Made by a program: the position numbers and the translations under genes. DNA of 59,345 nucleotides, the filler included, from Chloroflexota bacterium (lineage in GTDB: Bacteria > Chloroflexota > Chloroflexia > QHBQ01): the NCBI GenBank assembly GCA_043754535.1. It is 5 parts of 5 records of this genome, joined end to end, with 100 filler letters (N's around TTAATTAATTAA, not from the genome) between each part and the next. Parts side by side here need not be neighbours in the genome. Positions count along the whole stretch, not along the records: positions 3,585 to 14,053 come from JAYUUN010000087.1; positions 14,154 to 45,653 come from JAYUUN010000088.1; 3 more parts are not named here. One strand, given 5' to 3'. Numbering within the stretch: the stretch's first letter is position 1; each line of letters opens with the position of its first letter. Below are positions 8,971-18,323 of the stretch, in pieces. The notes below the pieces were generated by a model. That model ran no database searches. It was given only the letters and a program-made list of their open reading frames with translations, and was not told the DNA's origin.

Positions 8971-10230
8971 ATGATACTAAGAAGGAAATACATCCTACTG
9001 ATGGCAACCTGGCTGTTGATCGCTGGAAGTTGGCACGGAGCAGCAGCTCAAGCGGCTAGCGGCGACATGGTCAGCGGGCAGGTGCGCGGCGGTGAAGCCC
9101 GGGTGCGGCTGATGGTCGTGGAAGCCGTAGACGAGTCGAACGATCCGCGGCGGTTCGTGCTGCGTCCGACCACGCAGGTAGTGACGACAGCAGGCGGGCG
9201 GTTCACGTTCAGTGGGTTGACCCGCTACCAGGCAGCAGGCAGGGCCAGCGTACAACAACCCCTCTTTCGAGGCTGGGGCATACAGGTCGAGGGCAAGGTC
9301 TGTGGCAACATCCTGGTGCGGCCCCCAGCGCAGAGTACCCTCAACACTTGTGAGGCGCACTGGATCATCTGGTCGGACGATAACCCGACTTTGCAAGCTA
9401 CGGATGGTGTGATCTTCAGTATCGAGGGGAGCAATAGGGCAGCTACGAGCGGGCAAGCACAGCCGGGGCGTGCGCGGCAACCTACTGCTGCGATACTAGC
9501 AATTGCGCCGATAGTACCCACCAGCCTGCCTGCCCGGTCAACTGCAACACAGCAGGTGGCAGCACTACCGACGGCAGCACCGACGGCCACCAACACCGTA
9601 GGGGACGCAGCAAGCGTACCTACCGCAATCGTGACGCGGTCCGTCTCCGTCACGACCGAGCCAGAACCACACGGCCAAGTACCCACACCTGGCAACGTAG
9701 CTGAGAGTTTCCCAGTAGCTGCCAGCACGCTCACGGCGACAGTGGGGCCAGTGCTGATCGATACCGACGTGGAGCGGGCAGGGCAGGAGGGGGCGACCGG
9801 GCGCAACTGGCCGGGGGGGCTGATGGGTGACGACCAAGCGACTGTTACCAGTGTAGCCGAACCAACCTCTACGTCGCTGCCTGCTGGAGCGCAACGCCGC
9901 CCAACGCAGGCTGATCCTACTCCTATCGGTAGAGCGAACGCTAGCACGCAGGCCGTGCCTGCCGTTACGCCTTCCACTAGCTGGCTGGAATACTGGCCGC
10001 TGGCTCTGATCGCTTTGGGTGTACTAGGGCTGGTGGCCGCTAGCATTGGCATAGCAAAGCAGGTCAGCAGCAGACGAGCAGCGAGGCGGCGACAACAGCA
10101 GGCTAACGCGCCGACTATGCAGTTCCAGCGGCCACCAGCCAGTGACAACCTCGGCGACGACGGCATGACCGATGTGTTGGTTGGCGAGGAGCAGCCGGGA
10201 GCCGCATTGCCGGGAACCGCCATCCAATAA
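8971..10230 (+). CDS. Secreted single-pass membrane protein with Thr/Pro-rich stalk
   Basis: N-terminal signal peptide, PT-rich linker, TM helix WPLALIALGVLGLVAASIGI followed by a basic stretch. Confidence 0.75.
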   Translation: MILRRKYILLMATWLLIAGSWHGAAAQAASGDMVSGQVRGGEARVRLMVVEAVDESNDPRRFVLRPTTQVVTTAGGRFTFSGLTRYQAAGRASVQQPLFRGWGIQVEGKVCGNILVRPPAQSTLNTCEAHWIIWSDDNPTLQATDGVIFSIEGSNRAATSGQAQPGRARQPTAAILAIAPIVPTSLPARSTATQQVAALPTAAPTATNTVGDAASVPTAIVTRSVSVTTEPEPHGQVPTPGNVAESFPVAASTLTATVGPVLIDTDVERAGQEGATGRNWPGGLMGDDQATVTSVAEPTSTSLPAGAQRRPTQADPTPIGRANASTQAVPAVTPSTSWLEYWPLALIALGVLGLVAASIGIAKQVSSRRAARRRQQQANAPTMQFQRPPASDNLGDDGMTDVLVGEEQPGAALPGTAIQ

Positions 10231-10271
10231 GGGAAATTGTTGCCCTAAACGGATACGACGAGGAGCATAAC

Positions 10272-11579
10272 ATGGAGCTAGAAATCATCAGGCTGGCCGA
10301 GGTCAGCCCCGACCCAGAGCAGCCCCGCCGCGAGGTGGGCGACGTGGGGGATTTGGTCGAGAGCATCAACCAGGTCGGCTTCAACTCGGTGCTGACCGTC
10401 GAGGTCGTACCCGGTACAGAAGGTGGCCCCCGCCGCTATCGGGTTGTCACCGGCGGGCGCAGGCTGGCAGCAGCGCAGGCGGTGGGCATCGAGTACCTAC
10501 CGGCGATCATCTATGAGGTGGGGGAACAGGGGCCGCTGGAACGGCTGCAACATCAGGTCTTCGAGAACGACCGGCGCAGGCCGCTGGCCCCCACTGATCG
10601 AGGCCGGGCGGTGGTGCAGTTGAAGTTGATGCTGGACTGCCAAAAGCTCCTGGCCGCGCTTGAACCGGGGGCGGAGCTAGCGAACTTGCGCGGGCTGGCC
10701 GCCTGGCAAGCGGAGCGGCAACGGCTGGTGGGCGAGGCCGAGCGGCGCGGGCTGCTGCGGCAGAGGGACGGTAAGCTGGTCGTACCGCGCAGGCTCAAGG
10801 TGGGCTGGGAAGCAGTCGAGCAAATGATGGGCATCAGCAACACCGAGTGCAAGTGGCTGGTGCGGCTGGGGGAGCTACCGGCAGATGAGCAGGCGGCTCT
10901 GCGGCAATCGAGCCTCAGCGAACAGCAGCAGGTGGCGGTCAGCCACGCCCCGGCGGGTAGGCTGGTCGCGGTGCTGGATGCGGTGCTGACCTACCCGAAG
11001 CCGCCTCGCTCGGCGGTGATCCTGGGGGCAGCGCGTGCGCTTGTGGAGCTAGGGGGCGACGTGCCGGTAGCTGAGGTGCTAGATGCAGCAGTAGCGGCAC
11101 GAGCGCAGGGGGTTCGGCAGGCAGCAGAGATCACAGCTGGCATAATAGCGCAGTTCAGCCCGGTAGAGGCTGGCGCAGTTGGCGCGGCAGCGACTATAGG
11201 AGACGAAGACCGCCCGCCGGTGCCAAAGCTGGCGCAAGTAGACGCGACCGCCCCGACTTCCCTACTGGATCAGCCGCCCAGGGCGCAGGATTGGCTGCCA
11301 GAGGTGGAGCAGGCGCGGCCAGCTCTAACCCCCGGCTTGGCGGCGGCACCTGGCGATGAGGGTGATGAGGCTGGTGAGCGTGATGAGCCAGATGCGGGCG
11401 ATGACCCAGCGGCAGGGTGCGACCGCTTGATCATAGACGGGGTACGGGCGGTGGAGCAGGCGGTCGTCGCCAGCTTGGCGCAGGTGGCGGTTGCCGGGCG
11501 GGATGCACAACGCAGGTTGCTGGCGATGGTTGCGGAGAAACTGAACGAACTGGAACGGCAGCTTGCCGTTGGACTTTAG
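10272..11579 (+). CDS. ParB/Srx N-terminal domain protein
   Basis: PDPEQPRR, L.ESI..VG, YRVVTGGRRLAA, EN.RRRPL.P; GAGGAG RBS. Confidence 0.85.
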   Translation: MELEIIRLAEVSPDPEQPRREVGDVGDLVESINQVGFNSVLTVEVVPGTEGGPRRYRVVTGGRRLAAAQAVGIEYLPAIIYEVGEQGPLERLQHQVFENDRRRPLAPTDRGRAVVQLKLMLDCQKLLAALEPGAELANLRGLAAWQAERQRLVGEAERRGLLRQRDGKLVVPRRLKVGWEAVEQMMGISNTECKWLVRLGELPADEQAALRQSSLSEQQQVAVSHAPAGRLVAVLDAVLTYPKPPRSAVILGAARALVELGGDVPVAEVLDAAVAARAQGVRQAAEITAGIIAQFSPVEAGAVGAAATIGDEDRPPVPKLAQVDATAPTSLLDQPPRAQDWLPEVEQARPALTPGLAAAPGDEGDEAGERDEPDAGDDPAAGCDRLIIDGVRAVEQAVVASLAQVAVAGRDAQRRLLAMVAEKLNELERQLAVGL

Positions 11580-11634
11580 CGTACTGGGGCAAATTGCTCC
11601 ATCACTGGTACACCATGAGAAGTTGGAGGGCATG

Positions 11635-12072
11635 ATGGTCAACATGGGCAAGCATCACCTACAGGCAGCAAAGCGTAACGAAGTGGTGGCGGGCTGGCTA
11701 GCTTACACCCCTTTCTGCGAATGGGCAGTGACCGCCTTGTTCTATGCCGCTTTGCAGTTGGTAGACAGCTACATGGTCGGAGTGAAGAGGATCACCAGCA
11801 CGACGCATGAGGCGATGGCGGCCAACGTCGAGCGCGACCCAGACCTCAGCGTAGCGGTCGCTCAGTGCTTGCAGACCTTGCGGGCCGCCTCAGAAGCAGC
11901 CCGCTACCGACAGAAGCCATTTACCCGCTCTGAGTATGATCATCTACGCGAACACTATTACCAGCCGCTCAAGGCGGAGATCATGAAGCTGAACCACAAG
12001 GCGAAGCTGCTGCAGCGAACGGAACTAGGTGGACCGCACGGTGGCTATTTGCGCTTACCAGTCGAGGTGTAG
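11635..12072 (+). CDS. HEPN-fold protein
   Basis: HLQAAKRNE..WAVTALFYAALQLVDSY..H..L.AAS.AARY pattern of HEPN proteins; GGAGG RBS at 11625; start could be 11632-11644. Confidence 0.65.
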   Translation: MVNMGKHHLQAAKRNEVVAGWLAYTPFCEWAVTALFYAALQLVDSYMVGVKRITSTTHEAMAANVERDPDLSVAVAQCLQTLRAASEAARYRQKPFTRSEYDHLREHYYQPLKAEIMKLNHKAKLLQRTELGGPHGGYLRLPVEV

Positions 12073-12094
12073 GTAGCAGGGAAGGTGATCGCAG

Positions 12095-13246
12095 TTGAGA
12101 ATCAAGCAAACAAACGAAGGCTCATCGCCGCCCCGTGAACCGCTGTTCTTGTGGCGTGATGAGGGGTCGGGTCGAGTGCTGCTCAGTCGAGGAGCGGATT
12201 GGGTGAGGCTCTCGCCTGGGCTGAAGCACGTCCGGCAAAGCTCGCACATCGCCGTCGGTTGGCGCGTGGGCCGCCGGCTGCGACCAGCTACGCACCTGAC
12301 TGTCGAGGCACAGGCCACGTTGGAAGCGGGTATAGCTGGGGTGGGCGAACTGGGACAGAAACAGGTCGTGGTCGGGAGCAAAGCCCAGCGGTCGGCAGCT
12401 GGAGGCCACCTGTTCGCCTATGCCCGTTGTCACGGCCTGCCCTTGCTCGACCTGCAGGGCTTGGTGGCTGCCGAGGCGATACCGGTGTCGGGAGAGCAGC
12501 TAATTGCCCTCTATCACTCGGCTGGTGTTGCGGTCCAGCTTCCAACGCAGTTGTTCGTCTTGAGTCGGGAGCAGGTACACGAGGTACTGGCTGGCTTGCG
12601 TCGTCGGGCGCACGAAGCGAACGCTGGGCCGGTTACAGCAGCGGTGTGGTCGGCAGTGCTAGCCCGCTATCAACGAACCTGTGTCGGGTGCGGAGTGGGG
12701 GGCAAGCTGACTGCCGACCACATCGTGCCAGTCAGTCGTGGCGGCCTGAGTACCGAGGATAATCTGCAACCGCTGTGCCAGTCGTGCAACAGCCGCAAGG
12801 GCGACCTCACCCTTGACCTGCGGGCGGCGGCGGCGGCCTGGGGGCGGTGGGTACTTCAGGCGCAGGCAGCAGTGGGGACTTACCCGCTCCTCGAACTTCA
12901 CCAGGCCGCTGCCGCTTATGTTGATGCTTATCTGGGCCTAACCAAGCAGGGGCAGGGTTGGGCGCACGCGGCATGGGCCTCGGCAGACAAGGGGGCTGCC
13001 CGCTACAGCCGGACTGCGACCGCCTCCATCCTCCAAGCGGTGGGGTTGCGGCAGGCGGCCCTTTCTCTTGATCGGTTGTGGCGGCTGTTTACCGCTGGCG
13101 AGGCAAGCGACAACGCTTTGGCTGAAGCTCTAGCGGTAGAGCTGCGAAAGTGGCTGGCGACGACTGGCCTGCGACGACTGGCCGGTGCGCGCACCATGAA
13201 TGAACGTGGCCCGCCGAGGGCAGGGTCACACCAATGGTTGGTGTGA
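12095..13246 (+). CDS. HNH endonuclease domain protein
   Basis: CVGCG..LTADHIVPVSRGG....NLQPLCQSCNSRKG; start uncertain. Confidence 0.85.
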   Translation: MRIKQTNEGSSPPREPLFLWRDEGSGRVLLSRGADWVRLSPGLKHVRQSSHIAVGWRVGRRLRPATHLTVEAQATLEAGIAGVGELGQKQVVVGSKAQRSAAGGHLFAYARCHGLPLLDLQGLVAAEAIPVSGEQLIALYHSAGVAVQLPTQLFVLSREQVHEVLAGLRRRAHEANAGPVTAAVWSAVLARYQRTCVGCGVGGKLTADHIVPVSRGGLSTEDNLQPLCQSCNSRKGDLTLDLRAAAAAWGRWVLQAQAAVGTYPLLELHQAAAAYVDAYLGLTKQGQGWAHAAWASADKGAARYSRTATASILQAVGLRQAALSLDRLWRLFTAGEASDNALAEALAVELRKWLATTGLRRLAGARTMNERGPPRAGSHQWLV

Positions 13247-13258
13247 CCCTGCTGGTCG

Positions 13259-13371
13259 GGGTGGTTGGGCTGCTCATCTGGCGCAGGCGGCGAGGAGTCG
13301 GGGGGCTGATCAGCATCACGATCATCCTGCCCGGGTGGTTGGGCTGCTCATCTGGCGCAGGCGGCGAGGAG
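13259..13371 (+). repeat. Two perfect 39-bp direct repeats separated by 35 bp
   Basis: GGGTGGTTGGGCTGCTCATCTGGCGCAGGCGGCGAGGAG at 13259-13297 and 13333-13371. Confidence 0.9.
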
Positions 13372-13554
13372 CAACACGGCACCAACTAGACCAGCACAAG
13401 GCAGTACTAGCAGCCAACCATGTACTTTGCCGCCCGCGATCACGGTCTGGATTGCGCCAGGCTGGGCTGTAGGTTGACGCTGGGGCAGCGCGACTGCTAC
13501 AATGGTGTAGATAGCCCGCTGCCAAGCGGTAGCCAGTAGATGGGAGCGTAGAGC

Positions 13555-14053
13555 ATGAGCAAGCAAGTAGGGTCGCTGCTAATGGTGGTGATCATCTTCA
13601 GCCTGTTGGTCAGCGGTCAGCCAGCCGCCAGTCAGCCAGCAGCTAGCAGCCAGCCAGTAGCTAGCCAGCCGCAGTCGGTGGTAGCGGTGGTCAGCCGCAG
13701 TGCAGCCGAGCGCAAGCTAGACCCCGAACTGCTGGCCCAACTTGTCAGCAAACCAGCGCGCCTGGAGTACCTGGTCTTCCTCAGCACCGAGGCGAACACG
13801 GGCAACGACATCAGCCCGCTACGTTGGGCGGCCAAGGGGGAGTACGTCTACCGCACCCTGGTGGCGGCGGCAGCGCGCAGCCAGGCCAGCCTCAAGCAGC
13901 AGCTTAGCAGCCTGGAAGCGGTGGGGGCGGCGCGCTTGCTGCGCTCGTTTTATATCCAGAACGTGGTGCTGGTCGAGGGTACGCCTGCCAGCGTCTACCA
14001 GTTGGCCGCGCGTGGGGATGTAGCGAAGGTACGCAGCAATGTTGCCCACATCC
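13555..14053 (+). CDS. Secreted S8 (subtilisin/bacillopeptidase F-like) protease N-terminal prodomain, 3' truncated
   Basis: Signal peptide; GEYVYRTL..A..SQA.L, SFYIQN...V, LAAR.DV..V prodomain pattern; catalytic part not in the contig. Confidence 0.65.
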
Positions 14054-14153
14054 NNNNNNNNNNNNNNNNNNNNNNNNNNNNNNNNNNNNNNNNNNNNTTA
14101 ATTAATTAANNNNNNNNNNNNNNNNNNNNNNNNNNNNNNNNNNNNNNNNNNNN
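14054..14153. other. Artificial contig linker
   Basis: N-run + TTAATTAATTAA + N-run. Confidence 0.98.
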
Positions 14154-15209
14154 CGGGCCTGGACACTAGATGGGGCTAACGTTCACGTCTCAATGGTTGG
14201 CTTCGACAATGGCAGCGAGCAAGATCGCACCCTTGACGCACTGCCAGTAGCCGCGATCAACGCCAATCTTACCGCCTCCACCGACCTGACCCTGGCGCAA
14301 AGGTTGAGGGAGAACGCTGGTATTGCTTTTCAAGGCCCGGTTAAGGTTGGGCCGTTCGATATATCAAACCAACAAGCGGCAACAATGCTGAGTCAAATTA
14401 ACAAAAGTGGTGTAAGCAACGCTAAAGTTGTTAAGCGACTGATCAATGGTGAGGATATCACTGACCAGCCCAGCAGCAGGTGGATCATAGATTTTGGTGA
14501 GATGAGTTTGGAACACGCTGCTCAGTTTGGAACTCCGTTTAGCTACGTTGAGGAACATATCAAGCCTCTACGTGAGAAGAACAATGACAGGCAGCGAAGA
14601 ACGTTCTGGTGGCGCCTGGGGCGTAGCGGTGGTGACTTGGAGAGAGCAAAGCAGGGTAAAGAGCGTCTAATACTGACCCCTCGTGTTGCCAAACATCGCA
14701 TCTTTGCATATGTGTCCGCAGAAACATTGCCAGACAGTGCGGTTGTAGCAATCGCCCGCGAGGACGACTACTTCTTCGGGGTGCTGCACGCCAAGCTGCA
14801 CGAGTTGTGGGCGTTGCGGATGGGTACAGCGTTGGAAGATCGACCACGTTACACGCCAACCACCACCTTCGAGACCTACCCCTTCCCCTGGCCGCCGGGG
14901 CGGGAGCCGCAGGACACGCCGCTGGTGCAAGCGATAGCCGAGGCCGCCCGCGACCTGGTGCGCCAACGTGACGAGTGGCTGCACGCGCCCGGCCTGGAGG
15001 CGGCGGCCTTGAAGACGCGCACCCTGACCGCGTTGTACAACAACAAGGCAAAAGCGGGGTTCGAGTGGCTGGCTGCCGCCCACGCGAGGCTGGATCGGGC
15101 AGTGCTGGCGGCCTACGGTTGGCCCGCCGACCTCAGCGACAGCGAGATACTCAGCCACTTGCTGGCCCTCAACCTGGCGCGGGCGGCGGCGCAGGGTACT
15201 GGCAAGTAG
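14154..15209 (+). CDS. MmeI-like type IIL/IIG restriction-modification enzyme, C-terminal target-recognition part (5' truncated)
   Basis: W.LDGA.VHVSMVGF, INANL, L.EN.G.AFQG, RWIIDF, TPRVAKHR.F, FGVL....H..W, RYTPTTTFETYPFP, RTLT.LYN, H..LD.AV..AYGW. Confidence 0.88.
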   Translation, partial: RAWTLDGANVHVSMVGFDNGSEQDRTLDALPVAAINANLTASTDLTLAQRLRENAGIAFQGPVKVGPFDISNQQAATMLSQINKSGVSNAKVVKRLINGEDITDQPSSRWIIDFGEMSLEHAAQFGTPFSYVEEHIKPLREKNNDRQRRTFWWRLGRSGGDLERAKQGKERLILTPRVAKHRIFAYVSAETLPDSAVVAIAREDDYFFGVLHAKLHELWALRMGTALEDRPRYTPTTTFETYPFPWPPGREPQDTPLVQAIAEAARDLVRQRDEWLHAPGLEAAALKTRTLTALYNNKAKAGFEWLAAAHARLDRAVLAAYGWPADLSDSEILSHLLALNLARAAAQGTGK

Positions 15210-15211
15210 GG

Positions 15212-15952
15212 CTAGCCTCGCTTCGTCCCCCAACCGATATAGGAGAGATTGAGGTCGTGGCCCAGCTTGAAGCCGCCCAACTTGCGTTCGCGCAGCAGAC
15301 GCAGGGCGGCAGCGGGTGGAGCCAGCTTCGGTTGCAGGCCGCGCACCTCCACCGTCTGCACGCCAGCGCGGTTGAGGCACATGATCACCTCGTCGGGCTT
15401 GAGGAACATCCGCCACTCGTGGGCGTTGGCAGGCACCGCCCCCAGCAGCCGCTGCAAGGCGACGATAGCGATCAGGTAGGAGGAGGCAGTGCGGTTGATC
15501 GTGTCGAAGGCCAAGACCCCACCTGGGCGTAGCACCCGGCACATTTCGCTCACCGCGTCCTCCAGCCGATTGGAGACGTGTTCGAGGAAGTCGGAGCTGA
15601 TCACCGCGTCGAACTCACCATCCTCGTAGGGCAGGTCGAAGACGGAGCCGACCTGATAATCTATTGCCAACCCGCCTGCCGCCGCGTGCCGCCGGGCCAC
15701 TGCGATGCTGTTGGCAGAGAGGTCTAGGCCGCTGACCAATGCGCCGCCCCTCGCCAATTGTTCGCTGATCAGCCCGCCGCCGCAGCCGACATCCAGCACG
15801 CGCACCCCGCGCAGGCCACCCAGAGCCTGGCGGATCGCAGAGCGAAAGTAGGCCGAGCGGACGGGGTTCATCTCGTGCAGCACGCAGAGCGGCCCAGTGG
15901 CATCCCACCAGCCATCCCCCACCGCGTCGTACCAGTGATTGTCAATTGGCAA
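15212..15952 (-). CDS. ubiG: UbiG-like SAM-dependent O-methyltransferase
   Basis: WWD..GP...LH.MNP.R, VLDVGCGGGLISE.LAR.GA, LEHV, LRPGG...F.TINRT, H.W..F.KP.E. Confidence 0.8.
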   Translation of the reverse strand: MPIDNHWYDAVGDGWWDATGPLCVLHEMNPVRSAYFRSAIRQALGGLRGVRVLDVGCGGGLISEQLARGGALVSGLDLSANSIAVARRHAAAGGLAIDYQVGSVFDLPYEDGEFDAVISSDFLEHVSNRLEDAVSEMCRVLRPGGVLAFDTINRTASSYLIAIVALQRLLGAVPANAHEWRMFLKPDEVIMCLNRAGVQTVEVRGLQPKLAPPAAALRLLRERKLGGFKLGHDLNLSYIGWGTKRG

Positions 15953-16061
15953 AACGGTGTATCCCCCTCTGTTTGTTCCGCCGCCATTCTACCACAATCG
16001 GGATCGCCACAACGAAGGCGCACCCGCAGGCGCGCCTCCGTCTCTAGTCCCATCACTGGGG

Positions 16062-17536
16062 TTAGCCGTTGAAGGTGTCGTCGTAGACCCCCCATTTGGT
16101 GGGGGCTTGGTTGCTGTAGCGGTCGGTCTTGCCACCATAAAGGACATAAATCTTCTTGCTCGGCCCGCTGTAGACCATCAGCCCCAACTCGAAGTCCTGG
16201 GCTGCGCCAAAGACGTTGTTGCTGGGGCCAGCCTCGTAGAGCGGGCCGGTCGCCCAACCTAGCTTCTCAGCCACCCGCGCTGCCGTCTCGTCGCGCCACA
16301 CTTTGGCGAAGCCCGCACGGGGGGCGTAGAGGCCCGCTGGTGGAGTCAGTTGCGGCTCCGCTTCCTTGCTGCCGACGAAGGTATCCGCAAACCTTTGGCT
16401 TGTGCCATCCTCGTAGAGTGCGTAGATGAAGCCGTAGTAGCCGCTGCCGTTGCGGTAGAGTACGTCGATCATCTGGCCGTGCTGGAAGGGCTGCTGGGCG
16501 AAGGCGACCACGCTCTCTGGCACGTTGGCGGTGCAACCCAGTTGCTGCTGCACCGTCGTGTTTTCGCCCCACAGCTTGCCGAAGCCGCGCTTGGGTAGGC
16601 TGCCATTGCAGGTGAGAGCGACCGGTGCAGCGGTGGGCGTGATCGTGGGTACGCTGTCCTGATACCGCCACTTGTAGTAGTGTTGGCCGATATTACCCAT
16701 CTGCACCTTGAAGCCCTCTGCTGCCGAGGGGACGTAGGTGAGGACGCGCCGTTCGAAGGCCTGGATTAGCACGTCGGTGCTGGCCTGGCCCGCGATCTTG
16801 ACGCTGGCCCAGTACGCCTCGCTGATCGGATAACCAGTAGCATAGAAGTAGGGATCGTTCAGCTTCGCGTTCTGCTGCTTGCCGCCGACTAGCACCGGGC
16901 CACTGGCGTTGAGGAAGCTCCAGAAGACCAGGGGGATGTTGTGGCTGGTGGCAGGCTCGAAGTATTCCTGCTTCACTCCGTAGTTGGCGTAGCGGCTGTC
17001 GGTGCGGATGCTGCCGTCGCGGGCGATGCTCTGGTTGACCGCTCAATGTAGCTGCCTTTAGTCGGGCCGATGTGGTCGCGGAAGCTGGCGTAGGTAGGGG
17101 CGTTCGGGTCGTCACCATCGCTGGCGAGGGGGATGTCGGCTGGCTTGCGCTCAACAAACTTGCTATTGCCCACCTGCATCTTACCAGTGATCAACTCCTC
17201 GGTAAGCAGGCCGTTGGTGACATAGAAGGGGCTGGCGAGTTCGCCGTCGGGGTTGTTGATCTCCATGCGGCTCTTGTCAAAGTACTGGACGAGGTGCTGG
17301 CCGTCCTTGCCTTCGACATACTGCTCGTAGATACCGGCAGTGTTCGGCCCTGGCCCCCAGTAGTAGCTGCGTTTGGCTACGCCGCTAGCTACCAGTTCGT
17401 CGGTACGGCTCCAGGTGGCAGTAAAGGCATCGTTGGCGAAGCTGTTGTTAGCCGCCCTTGCGCTTGGCAGCCCCAGGCTGCTCAGGATGATCGCCAGCAG
17501 CGCGAAGGCCACCAGCAGAGTGGTAGTACGTTTCAT
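16062..17536 (-). pseudogene. Secreted Chloroflexi-type surface protein split by one frameshift at ~17040
   Basis: ATG 17536 with GAGGAG RBS and signal peptide. WSRTD..RSYYWGP..VQYFDKSRMEINNP..VTNGLL continues in the other frame as VNQSIARDG..HNIP.VFW.FL..GYPISEAYW..QAFERRVLTY.P..GNIGQHYY.WRY. Confidence 0.75.
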
Positions 17537-17617
17537 CGGGCTATACTCCTCTATTCTCAGGCTTGATCGGGTATTCCGGTTGAGCTTTCGAGGCTGCGCG
17601 CACAGCTTTCTACCAGT

Positions 17618-17645
17618 AGAACGCAGCAGTGAGCCGAAGGTTTCA
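17618..17645 (-). promoter_or_regulatory. ECF-type promoter for the secreted protein gene
   Basis: TGAAAC-N16-CGTTCT on the minus strand, matching SigW-like TGAAAC-16-CGT spacing; divergent from the ECF sigma gene. Confidence 0.55.
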
Positions 17646-17758
17646 CCGTATTCTAATCTTCCAGTGGGTTGGCAAATTACTGCCAACCTTTTGCCGCTTT
17701 GGCTGTATAATGAGCGTCAGGTGTACGGCGACAAGAGATTGCGAGAACAAAGCAGAGC

Positions 17759-18313
17759 ATGGACGAGCGGGAAGCGATAACCCGGCTCCAGCGGGGGGAC
17801 ATCGGCGGGCTGGCGGCGTTGGTCGAACGCTACCAGACCAAAGCCGTGCGTGCCGCCTACTTGGTCTGCCGCAACCGAGCAACGGCGGAGGACGTGGTGC
17901 AGTCCGCCTTCATCCGTGTCTACGAGCGGATCGCGCAGTTCGACCCAGAGCGGCCCTTCGCTCCGTGGTTTATGCGGATCGTAGTCAACGATACCCTCAA
18001 TCTGATCCAGCGCGAGGCCCGCCACCAGCCGCTAGCGGACGAGACGTTGGCGTGGAGCCACCCGGCGGTTGGCGAAGACCCACTGACGATCCTGGCTCGC
18101 AGCGAGGAGATCGCAGTGGTCGCCGCCACCCTCGACCGACTGCCTGCCCAGCAGCGGGCCACGCTGGTGCAACGCTACTACCTGGGCATGAGTGAGAGCG
18201 AGATGGCGCAGGTAGGCGGGGTTGCCCCTGGCACCGTCAAGTGGCGGCTGCACCAGGCGCGGGCGAAGATGCGCCAGTTGTTGCCCGCCTGGGTCGGCCC
18301 CAACGAGGAGTAA
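17759..18313 (+). CDS. ECF RNA polymerase sigma factor
   Basis: L.ERY, AEDVVQSAF, F.PW..RIVVN, LP..QR...., GTVKWRLHQAR. Confidence 0.95.
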   Translation: MDEREAITRLQRGDIGGLAALVERYQTKAVRAAYLVCRNRATAEDVVQSAFIRVYERIAQFDPERPFAPWFMRIVVNDTLNLIQREARHQPLADETLAWSHPAVGEDPLTILARSEEIAVVAATLDRLPAQQRATLVQRYYLGMSESEMAQVGGVAPGTVKWRLHQARAKMRQLLPAWVGPNEE

Positions 18314-18323
18314 AGGAGCAAAC

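Noticed and set aside
13259..13371. CRISPR-like geometry (39-bp repeat, 35-bp spacer)
   Set aside because: Only two units, no GAAAC-type end or clear hairpin, no leader or cas genes; reads as coding-derived
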